Positions 35,119 to 45,108 of a stretch of DNA of 64,000 nucleotides are shown one piece after another. Below the pieces are notes generated by a model, which was not told the origin of the DNA, ran no database searches, and was given only the letters and a program-made list of their open reading frames with translations. The position numbers and the translations under genes were made by a program. Location of the stretch: the NCBI RefSeq assembly GCF_053078305.1, contig NZ_CP166879.1; one strand, written 5' to 3'. The first letter of the stretch is position 1; each line of letters begins with the position of its first letter.

Positions 35119-37105
35119 AACTGAAACTGCGAACAGTAAACAACTTGCTGTTTTGAAAACTAACTTTCCACAGTGTTTCGATAAAAACGGAGCTTTCATT
35201 CAGGAAAAGCTGCTTGAGATCATCAGAGCATCAAATGTTGAAATCTCTAAAGAGTCATACTGCTTAAACTGGCTTGGCAAATCCTATGCTCGCCTGCTGG
35301 CTAACCTACCACCAACGACATTGCTGTCAGAAGATAAAGACCATAACCGACGTGAAGAGAACAAGAACAGTCAAAATCTGTTAATCAAAGGGGATAACCT
35401 TGAGGTATTAAAGCATATGGTTAATGCTTATTCTGAAAAGGTTAAAATGATTTATATCGATCCGCCATATAACACGGGTTCTGATGGGTTCGCCTATAAT
35501 GATGATCGCAAATTTACACCAGAACAGCTTTCTGATCTGGCGGGTATCGATCTTGATGAGGCTAAACGTATACTTGAATTTACCACGAATGGTTCAAGCA
35601 GCCATAGCGCATGGTTAACGTTCATTTATCCTCGTTTATATATTGCTCGTGAGCTTCTACGTGAAGATGGTGTGATATTTATTTCGATTGACGAAAATGA
35701 ATTAAATCAACTTAAAACTATTTGTGATGAAATTTTTGGCGAAGCAAATTTCATAGAAAATATTGTATGGAATAAACGTATCCCTAAAAATGATAAGGGT
35801 ATTGGTAATATCCATGAGTACATCCTTGCTTATGCGAAGAATAACGAAATAAGTAAAGAATTTTTAATGCGGAAAGATGGTATTGATGATGTATATCAGT
35901 TTATTGAAAAGTTAAAAAAGGAAAAGGTGCCATTAGATAAAGCAGAGCAGCAACTCAAAAAATTCTACAGCTCCAACGGATATGATCGTGGAATTACTCT
36001 TTACAACGGTTTGAACGAGGATTATAGGCCATGGGGTAAAATTAATATGAGTTGGCCTAATGCAGATTCATTTGGACCCACGTATGAAGTATTGCACCCT
36101 TTGACTAATAACCCTGTCAAAATCCCAGACAGAGGCTGGCGTTGGAAAGAAGGCACTTTTAATCATATTGCAAAAAGAATAGATGGAAAGTATGCAGATA
36201 TCAAAAAACTACATGATGGTAGCGTTATTTGTGGTGGAATTTGGTTTGCCCGTACAGAAAAAACCCAACCCAGTTCGGTTAAATTTTTAGATGAAGTTGA
36301 AGAGTTTTTACTAAGATCAATTATTTCAACTAAAAGTGATGGTGGTGTTGAGGTTGAAAATCTTTTTGGTGGGAAAGGATATTTCTCCTACCCGAAGCCA
36401 ACAAGTTTAATAAAAACACTATTTGGTTCAGTAAGAACCGAAGATAAAGACATTTATCTTGACTTTTTTGCTGGCTCTGGAACTACAGCTCATGGTATTC
36501 TGGAGTTAAATATTGAAGACGGCAGGAAAAGAAACTTCATCTGTGTTCAATTAGATGAAGAAACAGATAAAAAGAAACAAGCCTATAAAGAAGGGTATAA
36601 ATCCATCTTCAATATAACAAAAGACAGAATTATTAAGGCAGGAAAAAAGCTGAAAAAAGATAATCCTAATTATAATGGAGATTTGGGATTTAAAATATTT
36701 GAAACAGTTCATGATTTTCGAGCGAAAGATGAGTCTGAACTTACGCTTTCTAATCTTAGTTTCTTTGACGATGCTGTATTGACACCAGAGCAGTATGACA
36801 CTCTATTGACGACATGGTGCGTGTATGATGGCAGCTTGCTAACAACACCAATTGAAGATATTGACCTTAATGGCTACAAAGCACACTTGTGCGATGGTCG
36901 GCTATATCTAATTGCGCCTAATTTCACAAGTGAGGCTTTGAAAGCTTTACTTCAAAAGCTGGATGCAGACAAAGACTTTGCCCCTAACAAAGTTGTATTT
37001 TATGGCAGCAACTTCGAAAGTGCGAAACAGATGGAACTCAATGAAGCACTAAAAAGTTATGCTAATAAAAAATCTATTGATTTAGATTTGGTGGTAAGGA
37101 ACTAA
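35069..37105 (+). CDS. mod: Type III restriction-modification methyltransferase Mod (N6-adenine)
   Basis: 678 aa; GGAGG Shine-Dalgarno at 35058-35062; motif IV IYIDPPYNTG, motif I FFAGSGTTAHG; followed 2 bp later by res. Confidence 0.9.
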   Translation: MNIRNNHLPGTETLFSETETANSKQLAVLKTNFPQCFDKNGAFIQEKLLEIIRASNVEISKESYCLNWLGKSYARLLANLPPTTLLSEDKDHNRREENKNSQNLLIKGDNLEVLKHMVNAYSEKVKMIYIDPPYNTGSDGFAYNDDRKFTPEQLSDLAGIDLDEAKRILEFTTNGSSSHSAWLTFIYPRLYIARELLREDGVIFISIDENELNQLKTICDEIFGEANFIENIVWNKRIPKNDKGIGNIHEYILAYAKNNEISKEFLMRKDGIDDVYQFIEKLKKEKVPLDKAEQQLKKFYSSNGYDRGITLYNGLNEDYRPWGKINMSWPNADSFGPTYEVLHPLTNNPVKIPDRGWRWKEGTFNHIAKRIDGKYADIKKLHDGSVICGGIWFARTEKTQPSSVKFLDEVEEFLLRSIISTKSDGGVEVENLFGGKGYFSYPKPTSLIKTLFGSVRTEDKDIYLDFFAGSGTTAHGILELNIEDGRKRNFICVQLDEETDKKKQAYKEGYKSIFNITKDRIIKAGKKLKKDNPNYNGDLGFKIFETVHDFRAKDESELTLSNLSFFDDAVLTPEQYDTLLTTWCVYDGSLLTTPIEDIDLNGYKAHLCDGRLYLIAPNFTSEALKALLQKLDADKDFAPNKVVFYGSNFESAKQMELNEALKSYANKKSIDLDLVVRN

Positions 37106-37107
37106 TC

Positions 37108-40020
37108 ATGTCTAAAGGGTTCACATTCGAAAAAAATTTACCTCATCAAAAGGCTGGCGTTGATTCGGTAATGAATGTCTTTGTATCCGCCATACCTCAT
37201 CAGACGGATCATGTTGCAATTCGCCTGTTAGCTAATCCAGAACTGAATCTATCTGAACAACAATACTACAACAACATAAAAAATGTTCAGGAGTTCAATG
37301 GTATTGAGCACTCAAAAGATAATTACGATGCTAAAAGCAACGTAATTGATGTTTCTATGGAGACAGGTACAGGTAAAACTTATACTTACACCAAAACAAT
37401 TTTTGACCTGAACAAATCATTTGGTATTAACAAATTTATCATCATTGTTCCTACCCTATCGATCAAAGCCGGAACCGTTAACTTTTTAAAAAGCGATGCT
37501 ATAAAAGAACACTTTCGAGATGATTACGAGCGTGAACTAAAGACTTACGTTGTTGAAAGTCAGAAAAGTTCGGGTAAAAATACAAAATCGTATATGCCTC
37601 AAGCTATCCATGATTTTGTTGAAGCAAGTAATTTCAATAAGAAATATATACACATTCTTGTGATCAACTCAGGGATGATTAACTCTAAGTCTTTAACTGA
37701 CACTTATGATGTTGGCTTGCTTGATAATCAGTTTGATACCCCATTTTCTGCACTTAGTGCGATAAAACCATTCATTATCATTGATGAGCCTCATAAATTT
37801 CCTACTGGTAAAAAGACATGGGAACATATTCAAAAATTTAATGCCCAATATATCATCCGCTATGGCGCAACCTTTAGTGAAGGCTATAAGAACTTAGTTT
37901 ATCGTCTTACAGCCGTAGATGCCTTCAATGAAGATCTTGTTAAAGGTATTGATGCATACATTGAGGATATAGTTGGTGATGGTAATGCCAACCTCAAGTT
38001 GGTCAAATCTGACGGAAAAGAAGCTACATTTGAACTGAACGAAAATAATAATAAAAAAATTTTTAAGTTAGCCAAAGGTGAATCACTATCTAAGACGCAT
38101 AGTGCGATCCATGATTTAACTCTTGATGCTTTAAATAAGAATACAGCAGTGTTGAGTAATGGTATTGAGCTAAAAATTGGTAGTTCGATAAACCCCTATT
38201 CTTACGATCAGACACTTGCTGATAACATGATGCGTAAAGCTGTCAAAGAACACTTTAAGTTAGAAAAAGAGTATCTGACACAAAGGCCACGCATAAAACC
38301 TCTTACTCTTTTCTTCATTGATGACATTGAAGGCTATCGTGATGGTAATGATATTGCAGGAAGCCTGAAAACTAAGTTCGAAGAATACGTTTTGGCAGAA
38401 GCAAATGAACTGTTAAAAACAGAGAAAGATGAGTTTTACAGAAACTACCTTGAAAAAACTGTTAAGGATATATCTTCTGTTCATGGTGGTTATTTTTCAA
38501 AAGATAATAGTGATAAAGATGATAAAATTGAGCAGGAAATCAACGAAATCCTTCATGATAAAGAGCTTCTATTGTCTTTAGAAAATCCTCGCCGTTTCAT
38601 TTTCTCTAAATGGACGTTGCGTGAGGGATGGGATAACCCAAATGTCTTTCAGATTTGTAAGCTCCGTTCGAGCGGTAGCACCACATCTAAACTTCAGGAG
38701 GTAGGGCGTGGTTTACGTCTTCCAGTGAATGAATACATGTGCCGTGTGAAAAACCGCGATTTTACTCTCAACTATTATGTTGATTTTACGGAAAAAGATT
38801 TTGTTGATTCTCTTGTAAAAGAGGTTAATGATAGTTCTTTCAAAGAAACTGTTCCAGGTAAGTTTACTCAAGAACTTAAGGATAAAATCTTATCTCAGTA
38901 TCCTGAGCTTTCATCCAGAACACTCATGAATGAGATCTTTGATGCTGAAATTATTGATGATAATGAAAACTTCAAAGATTCCGATGCCTATAGCCGTTTA
39001 AAAGCAAAATATCCGGCTGCATTCCCTACCGGGGTGAAACCAACAAAAATAAAAAAAGCCACGGATGGAAAAAAGCGTACTAAAATGCGTATTGGTAAGT
39101 TCAGTGAGTTGAAAGAACTATGGGATTTGATCAATCAAAAAGTAGTAATTGAGTATAAAATAAATAGTGAAAATGAATTCTTATCCATTTTCAAATCATT
39201 CATGATTGAAGAAACAGATAGATTTACTAAATCAGGTGTTCATACTCGCATTGATAGAATTTATATTCATAATGATACGGCGATGTCGAAAAGTATCGTC
39301 AGTGACGATGATAACTTTGCTAAACTAAACACAATGAGCTATCGGGAATTTCTTGATAACTTATCACAAACTATTTTTGCTAAACACGATACCTTACATA
39401 AGGTTTTTTGTGATATAAAAGACACTATCAATATCACCGACTACCTGAACATTCAGACAATCAGAAAGATTAAATCTGGGTTTAGCAAGTATTTGTTGAA
39501 CAATTCATTTAACAAATTCAGCCTTGGATATAATGTAATTTCAGGCTCAATTCATCCTACAAAATTCACTAATGCAGACGGTAATCACCTGCATGAGGTA
39601 TTATCAGGTGATCTTGGAGTATTACAGGATAATACAAAAGCCCCCCTAGACTCTTATCTTTTTGAAGAAGTTTTTTATGATTCAGAGCTTGAAAGACTCA
39701 ATATAACAGACGGAGAGATCCACTCTGTTGCTGTTTTTACAAAGATACCGAAAAACTCAATTAAAATTCCAGTGGCAGGTGGATACACATATTCTCCTGA
39801 CTTTGCTTATGTTGTAAAAACAACAAAGGGTGACTACCTTAACTTTATTATTGAAACAAAAAATGTCGAAGGTAAAGAAAGTTTACGTAAAGAAGAACTG
39901 GATAAAATAAAGCATGCACAAAAACTTTTCGAACAGGTAAGTAAATCTGTAAAAGTAACTTTTATAACTCAATTCTCAGGTGACAGAATCCATGATCTGA
40001 TAAAAAATGTGATTCAGTAA
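37108..40020 (+). CDS. res: Type III restriction enzyme Res subunit (SF2 helicase-like ATPase/nuclease)
   Basis: 970 aa; Walker A TGTGKTYT, DEAH-like IIIDEPHKF; tightly coupled to mod. Confidence 0.9.
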   Translation: MSKGFTFEKNLPHQKAGVDSVMNVFVSAIPHQTDHVAIRLLANPELNLSEQQYYNNIKNVQEFNGIEHSKDNYDAKSNVIDVSMETGTGKTYTYTKTIFDLNKSFGINKFIIIVPTLSIKAGTVNFLKSDAIKEHFRDDYERELKTYVVESQKSSGKNTKSYMPQAIHDFVEASNFNKKYIHILVINSGMINSKSLTDTYDVGLLDNQFDTPFSALSAIKPFIIIDEPHKFPTGKKTWEHIQKFNAQYIIRYGATFSEGYKNLVYRLTAVDAFNEDLVKGIDAYIEDIVGDGNANLKLVKSDGKEATFELNENNNKKIFKLAKGESLSKTHSAIHDLTLDALNKNTAVLSNGIELKIGSSINPYSYDQTLADNMMRKAVKEHFKLEKEYLTQRPRIKPLTLFFIDDIEGYRDGNDIAGSLKTKFEEYVLAEANELLKTEKDEFYRNYLEKTVKDISSVHGGYFSKDNSDKDDKIEQEINEILHDKELLLSLENPRRFIFSKWTLREGWDNPNVFQICKLRSSGSTTSKLQEVGRGLRLPVNEYMCRVKNRDFTLNYYVDFTEKDFVDSLVKEVNDSSFKETVPGKFTQELKDKILSQYPELSSRTLMNEIFDAEIIDDNENFKDSDAYSRLKAKYPAAFPTGVKPTKIKKATDGKKRTKMRIGKFSELKELWDLINQKVVIEYKINSENEFLSIFKSFMIEETDRFTKSGVHTRIDRIYIHNDTAMSKSIVSDDDNFAKLNTMSYREFLDNLSQTIFAKHDTLHKVFCDIKDTINITDYLNIQTIRKIKSGFSKYLLNNSFNKFSLGYNVISGSIHPTKFTNADGNHLHEVLSGDLGVLQDNTKAPLDSYLFEEVFYDSELERLNITDGEIHSVAVFTKIPKNSIKIPVAGGYTYSPDFAYVVKTTKGDYLNFIIETKNVEGKESLRKEELDKIKHAQKLFEQVSKSVKVTFITQFSGDRIHDLIKNVIQ

Positions 40021-40103
40021 ACACATGCATGATAACAAAGTGGAGGTGGTTTCACCCCCACTTTATAATTATACACACATCACAAAATTCGCAGGTGAGT
40101 TCA

Positions 40104-40802
40104 ATGACAACATGTTCTGAACTGAAGGAAAGAGCCCGTTTTGATGGTATGCATGATGCTTCTCTTGAAGTGGCATGGCAATTACTTATGACGAAAAGTG
40201 TATCCACTATTACTACTGAGATAATATCCGGTGCAGACATGTCCAATTTTTCAGTGATTATCAGGGAACGATATAAACATGCAATAGCAAAATCTCTTCT
40301 CAATCATTTATCTCCCGATGTTGTTTCTGACATCATCGGTTTATCTCATGATGAGTTCAATCAACAATATAAAGGCAATTTAACCAGACAACAACACCTG
40401 AGAGATATTGCTGTAAGTTTAACAGATAAAGGATTCACAGAATCATCTGCATGTAATATTGTCAACCTGGACCTAATGTTACTTCCTGAAGAAAACTGGT
40501 TACTTTATAAAGAAAATTACAATACAGGATATCAGGATGCACTTTATAAATCCGTATGGAGAATGCACACATACGAATATCCAACAGCAACCATCAGTTG
40601 TTTGACAAAATTAAATAATGAAAATATATTAAATATTATTACAGGTATAGAAGTAATACTCCTCGCAGCAAAAAAACCTGCATGTAAAGACAGAACAGAT
40701 AAAATTGCTGAAATGCTGAAAATACCATTCTCTGTCGTCAAAGAATTTATTGATGAACAGGCTTTATTGAACAAATCAAACATTCAGGGAACTGGCAGTT
40801 GA
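40104..40802 (+). CDS. Hypothetical protein immediately downstream of res
   Basis: ORF 40029..40802; preferred start ATG 40104 (MTTCSELKERARF) with AGGTGA Shine-Dalgarno; AT-rich like mod/res. Confidence 0.45.
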   Translation: MTTCSELKERARFDGMHDASLEVAWQLLMTKSVSTITTEIISGADMSNFSVIIRERYKHAIAKSLLNHLSPDVVSDIIGLSHDEFNQQYKGNLTRQQHLRDIAVSLTDKGFTESSACNIVNLDLMLLPEENWLLYKENYNTGYQDALYKSVWRMHTYEYPTATISCLTKLNNENILNIITGIEVILLAAKKPACKDRTDKIAEMLKIPFSVVKEFIDEQALLNKSNIQGTGS

Positions 40803-40848
40803 ACAAAACGCCAGTCCGAAGACTGGCGCAGTGATAAAACATTCTGCA

Positions 40849-41535
40849 TCATGCCACATTCTGCTCCTGAAGATGACGCAGACGATGGTCCCAGTTTCCC
40901 AGGTAATGCCCGGGCGTCAGCAGTACGCGGCGTCGCTCATTACAGAGCGAGTTACCAATCACCACTTCTCCGGCCACACCACACAACGACAGTTGTATAT
41001 ACGCCATGCCGGCTGCCAGCGGGTCAATATCCGTTGCCGACACCCACATCCTGCGATATGCCGGATACCCCGAACGGTTCAGGGTGTCAGCCATTGCCAG
41101 AATCATACTGCCGGCACCACAGGCAGGTTCACTGAGCGTGATAAAGGGTTTGTTCTCAAACAACGCCTTCACATCTCCCATCTGCATCTGTGCCATCATG
41201 CTGGCAACACTCCAGGGCGTGAAAAACTGACTCCGGTATTTATCCCCCAGTTCCAGTTGCATGAACACACTCCCCAGAAAATCACAGACTCCCTGCTCCA
41301 GTCCCTCAATGACATGAGCAAGCAAATGCGCAATGTGGATAACATCCTGCTTTTCATAACCACTGACGATCCGCAGATACTTCTGTTCCCGGGCCTCACT
41401 GAACTGAAGCCGGTTTTCCAAGGCAATCACACTACAGCTGACAAAGTCTTCAAACACCTTATGACGTTTGTGATAACAGGCTGTCCGGTTAAACAACGAA
41501 ATGAACTCCTTCTGATGGTCAGTCATGGTGGCCAT
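40849..41535 (-). CDS. N6-adenine DNA methyltransferase-like protein (HsdM-like fold, short, apparent degenerate motif IV)
   Basis: 228 aa; QFFTPWSV and SEPACGAGSM resemble the FxTP and AdoMet-binding motifs of HsdM-like methyltransferases; no canonical NPPF/DPPY seen. Confidence 0.55.
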   Translation of the reverse strand: MATMTDHQKEFISLFNRTACYHKRHKVFEDFVSCSVIALENRLQFSEAREQKYLRIVSGYEKQDVIHIAHLLAHVIEGLEQGVCDFLGSVFMQLELGDKYRSQFFTPWSVASMMAQMQMGDVKALFENKPFITLSEPACGAGSMILAMADTLNRSGYPAYRRMWVSATDIDPLAAGMAYIQLSLCGVAGEVVIGNSLCNERRRVLLTPGHYLGNWDHRLRHLQEQNVA

Positions 41536-41646
41536 GTTTTCTCCGTAAAAACAGGGAACACATGGCCCGGACAGGGGAACAGGTGTTCCCCTTCGGGTTG
41601 AAATGTTGATAAAACGGGCATCACGGACATGATACCCGGAGGTTAA

Positions 41647-42594
41647 TTACTGGGCTGAGACCAGAGGAACCGGTAAAGGTGCGGCTTTCGTCTGTTCTTC
41701 AGCGCACTCCTCCACCAGGTACAGTCGGGGCTGTGGAAGTGTTTCCCTGCCCGGCCATTCGGCCTGCAGATCACTGTCCGTATGCTCTCCGCCATCGTAA
41801 CAGTTGTAACCCTGTATACCGTGTACCGGCTCGCTGTACCAGTGTCGGACCTCGCAGTCAAACACCTTCGAGATCTCACCAACCAGTTCGCCTGAAGGCG
41901 GATACCAGGGCGTGTCGATCAGCAGCACCAGACTGCTCATCTCATCACGCGCATGGCGAACATTATTTCCTGACGGCCACTCCACACCGTATATCCGGCT
42001 GTAAAGGCTGGTCGTTGTGGAAATACCCTGCAGCAGTCCACCTGAACCATTCAGCTCTGTAGCCAGACGGGAGGGTATGACCATCAGCATGTCACAGGGC
42101 TGCGCCTGTTCCGGGTAATCCGACAACCAGCTCCAGCAGGCTTCTGCATCAATGTGTTCACTCAGCCCGGCCAGACCAAACCAGTCAGAATACTGACGGC
42201 TCATCAGCGTGGTGATGATCTCCCTGGCATTATCCGGCAGATTACCCCAGCGAACAGCGCCGATACATGACTGGTGATAAAGACGCTCAATGGTCTTTAT
42301 CGTTTCACCATCCAGAACGGCATTTTTTACCAGCAACCCCAGCCACTGCTCAAACGCCTGGTTAGCCGGAGATGACAACCCCGTTCCGTGACGAACCAGC
42401 GCCGGATATGGCGGATACTGCGTCGTCCGTGTGGGTTTTACCAGCCCTGCACAACCGGCCAGAAACAGCTGTATACTCTGCTGTATGGCATGACGGTAGC
42501 GCGGGGTCTCACGCCCTTCAATCCACTGTGTAAGTACATCAAGACAGACTGATTTACCGGTAATTTCAAAACGGTTTTTGCACCATTCAGACAT
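41647..42594 (-). CDS. Hypothetical protein (315 aa)
   Basis: ORF only; first in a same-strand run of genes. Confidence 0.5.
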   Translation of the reverse strand: MSEWCKNRFEITGKSVCLDVLTQWIEGRETPRYRHAIQQSIQLFLAGCAGLVKPTRTTQYPPYPALVRHGTGLSSPANQAFEQWLGLLVKNAVLDGETIKTIERLYHQSCIGAVRWGNLPDNAREIITTLMSRQYSDWFGLAGLSEHIDAEACWSWLSDYPEQAQPCDMLMVIPSRLATELNGSGGLLQGISTTTSLYSRIYGVEWPSGNNVRHARDEMSSLVLLIDTPWYPPSGELVGEISKVFDCEVRHWYSEPVHGIQGYNCYDGGEHTDSDLQAEWPGRETLPQPRLYLVEECAEEQTKAAPLPVPLVSAQ

Positions 42595-42677
42595 TGTTTA
42601 CGCTCCTCTTTTTTATACAGATGTAAAAAGAGGGCATTGTCCCGTGAGGTACAATGCCCTCACGGGAAAACGGGGTA

Positions 42678-42992
42678 TCACGCCCCGTTGTTGCGGATAA
42701 AACCCTGCAGCCAGGCAGTTCGCTCAGGGCCATACCGCCTGTTGACATTCATCAGTTCGTCTGCAGACGGATTGATGAAAAGGTTGTAGTACCAGAGCTC
42801 TTCCTTTAAATCCGCCAGGTTCCCCCTGCCGGTCCTGAGCCACTCCTGTACAACATCCCTGATTTCAGATGTGACATCTCCACGGTAATTTGACGTGATC
42901 GTAACATCTGCCAGTAATTCACTGATATTTCCTGCTATCAGACACGGTTCAGAGATCCCGTTACAGAACCAGACAAGGCATTTACCAGCCAT
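42678..42992 (-). CDS. Hypothetical protein (104 aa)
   Basis: ORF only; 3-bp gap to the upstream ORF. Confidence 0.4.
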   Translation of the reverse strand: MAGKCLVWFCNGISEPCLIAGNISELLADVTITSNYRGDVTSEIRDVVQEWLRTGRGNLADLKEELWYYNLFINPSADELMNVNRRYGPERTAWLQGFIRNNGA

Positions 42993-42995
42993 ACC

Positions 42996-43433
42996 TTACC
43001 TCCTGTATTTGCTGGTATTTATCCCGATCTCGTTTATGGCTACGGATATGTTGCCCGGAAAACGCGCTGTTTCAATCTTCTCCAGCTCGTTTTTCCGGTA
43101 ACGCTCCACGGTCACACTCAACGGGACGTTCCCCTGTCCGTACTCTTTACGAAGGCGATCAATACACTCCTGTACCAGTTCATCGCTGAAATAACGGGAT
43201 TCAAGCACAGACAGCAGCCCGTCTTTATTCTCAAACCCCTCTGTGACAGAGCGTACTTCGGCCTCCGTTGGACCATCCAGCCAGCTCACCCACACATTGT
43301 TGAAAACTTTCGGGAAAGATGGATCGCATTTCCGCACAGAAAATTTCTGTCCCGGAAATGTATACGCCAGCACATCCCTGATACGGGCCACAACAGCATC
43401 GTCAACATCAACCAGTGCGTTATCGTTCATCAC
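42996..43433 (-). CDS. Hypothetical protein (145 aa)
   Basis: ORF only; same strand, tightly spaced. Confidence 0.45.
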   Translation of the reverse strand: MMNDNALVDVDDAVVARIRDVLAYTFPGQKFSVRKCDPSFPKVFNNVWVSWLDGPTEAEVRSVTEGFENKDGLLSVLESRYFSDELVQECIDRLRKEYGQGNVPLSVTVERYRKNELEKIETARFPGNISVAINEIGINTSKYRR

Positions 43434-43539
43434 TCAGTTCCTCTGTAATCCTGAAATAACAGAGAGCACTGCCCCGTGAGGGACAATGCCCTCACGGGAT
43501 AAATGGCGGTCAGGTTATAACCGCCACCGGTAGTAAAAA

Positions 43540-44517
43540 TTATGCTGCGCACTCCTGCGAAGTTCGCCGCGTCAGTAAATACTCTGATGCTTCACGTGCC
43601 TGCCGGCAGGCGCGAAACAGCGCTTTTTTGTCAGACTTCAGAACCTTAAGCCATCCGTCAATATAACTTTCGTGCTGTACGTCACCGGCAATCCCGAGAT
43701 GTGCACACAGAAAAGCACTGCCCATCTCGGCAATCAGCTCTTCAAACGCATATTCCGGGCTTTTGCGACCGGTAAAGGTACTTATCCCCACCCGCCGCAG
43801 GCGCTTTTCATGACCGGTACTGTGTACCAGCTCATGCAGCAGGGTGGCCTGGTAATCAGCCACCTGGTCAAACTGCGACGACAGTGGCATCACGATACGG
43901 TCAAGATCAGGCCGGTAGAATGCCCTGTCCTGTGGAAGTGACGAGACGCTGACGCCGCTGCCATTCAGTACCTGCAGCACCCGCTCACTGAAGGTATCTG
44001 CCGGCAGTGCATCCGCGCTGCCTTCCGCCTTCACCATCAGATGTTCAGGTAAACCGTCACACTGCCCCACATTAAACAGAGGATTCGATTTCAGTACCGG
44101 TACGATTTCCATGAGAGGCTCCCCCTCACTGTCCGTCAGCCGGTTACCGTGTTCATCCACAGCCTGTTTTTTCCAGTCTTTGTAAATCACCGCCAGCGTG
44201 GCCACCTCCCCTTTACGGACGTGGCCACCCAGTTGTTGCGCCTGACGGTACGTCAGCCAGTCATTGCTGACATACCCGGCTTCATCCGCGGCCAGCCACA
44301 GCAACAGGACGTTCACCCCTGTATAAGGCTTCCCGGTCAGGGCATTTGCCGGCATCATCTCCGGAAGCCCCACGCCATTACGCGCAGAGCGCCAGGGACG
44401 TTTCCAGGGTGGCACACCATTTTCAATGGCCGTAACAACCCTGTCGGTCACAAGCTGATACAGGTCACGTTCCGGAGTTTTAATCGCGGTACGTGAAGTA
44501 TGTTTTTTCGTTTTCAT
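43540..44517 (-). CDS. ArdC-like anti-restriction protein (N-terminal ssDNA-binding domain plus zincin metalloprotease domain)
   Basis: Start MKTKKHTSRTAIKTPE (ATG 44517); HExxH zinc-protease motif in LLHELVHSTGH; architecture typical of conjugative-element ArdC. Confidence 0.7.
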   Translation of the reverse strand: MKTKKHTSRTAIKTPERDLYQLVTDRVVTAIENGVPPWKRPWRSARNGVGLPEMMPANALTGKPYTGVNVLLLWLAADEAGYVSNDWLTYRQAQQLGGHVRKGEVATLAVIYKDWKKQAVDEHGNRLTDSEGEPLMEIVPVLKSNPLFNVGQCDGLPEHLMVKAEGSADALPADTFSERVLQVLNGSGVSVSSLPQDRAFYRPDLDRIVMPLSSQFDQVADYQATLLHELVHSTGHEKRLRRVGISTFTGRKSPEYAFEELIAEMGSAFLCAHLGIAGDVQHESYIDGWLKVLKSDKKALFRACRQAREASEYLLTRRTSQECAA

Positions 44518-44609
44518 AAGAGCATGCCCCCTGAAAAAGATGCACGCTCCCTGTACGGTGAGAGTGCACCGTACAGTTAAATTAATAACGAAAATCAGAC
44601 TGGCCAGAA

Positions 44610-45029
44610 TTACCACAACGCCAGCATCACCAGTGAACGACGCTCAAAATCAAACGTCTTCAGCGTATTGCTGACCCACGCTTTTACGTCATCCACGTCA
44701 TACCAGTAATCACCGGCATAATCTTCCCCCCGTAAACACGAGCCTGTGACATAAGGAAACAGCCTGTGGCAGTTCCCCGGTGTCAGCATACTGAGGTCGC
44801 GCAATAATGCAGCCAGTGAACTGCGGGTTACAGGGAAAGCATGCTGCTCATCTGAAGCACCGGTATGTTCACGAAACCATGTCAGAAGAGGTTTCACCTT
44901 ACGGAAAGCCCCCACCTCCTGATGTTCCTGTGTTCCCACAACGGCACCACTGTGATGGTTATCACGAGCCAGAAAGTAAATATCGAGTCCCATAACAATT
45001 CTCCTGAATAAAGCCGGGACTCTCCCCAC
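44610..45029 (-). CDS. Hypothetical protein (139 aa; may start at the internal MGLDIYF)
   Basis: ORF only. Confidence 0.35.
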   Translation of the reverse strand: MGRVPALFRRIVMGLDIYFLARDNHHSGAVVGTQEHQEVGAFRKVKPLLTWFREHTGASDEQHAFPVTRSSLAALLRDLSMLTPGNCHRLFPYVTGSCLRGEDYAGDYWYDVDDVKAWVSNTLKTFDFERRSLVMLALW

Positions 45030-45108
45030 AGGGATATGTCCCTGCCGGGTGATATAATGACGGAATACGTGATGACGTTATTCCGGATAAAGAAACTACG
45101 GCGTTCTG

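Noticed and set aside
40851-41426. Plus- and minus-strand short ORFs overlapping the methyltransferase-like gene
   Set aside because: Alternate-frame overlaps; the 228-aa minus-strand frame carries the recognisable motifs.
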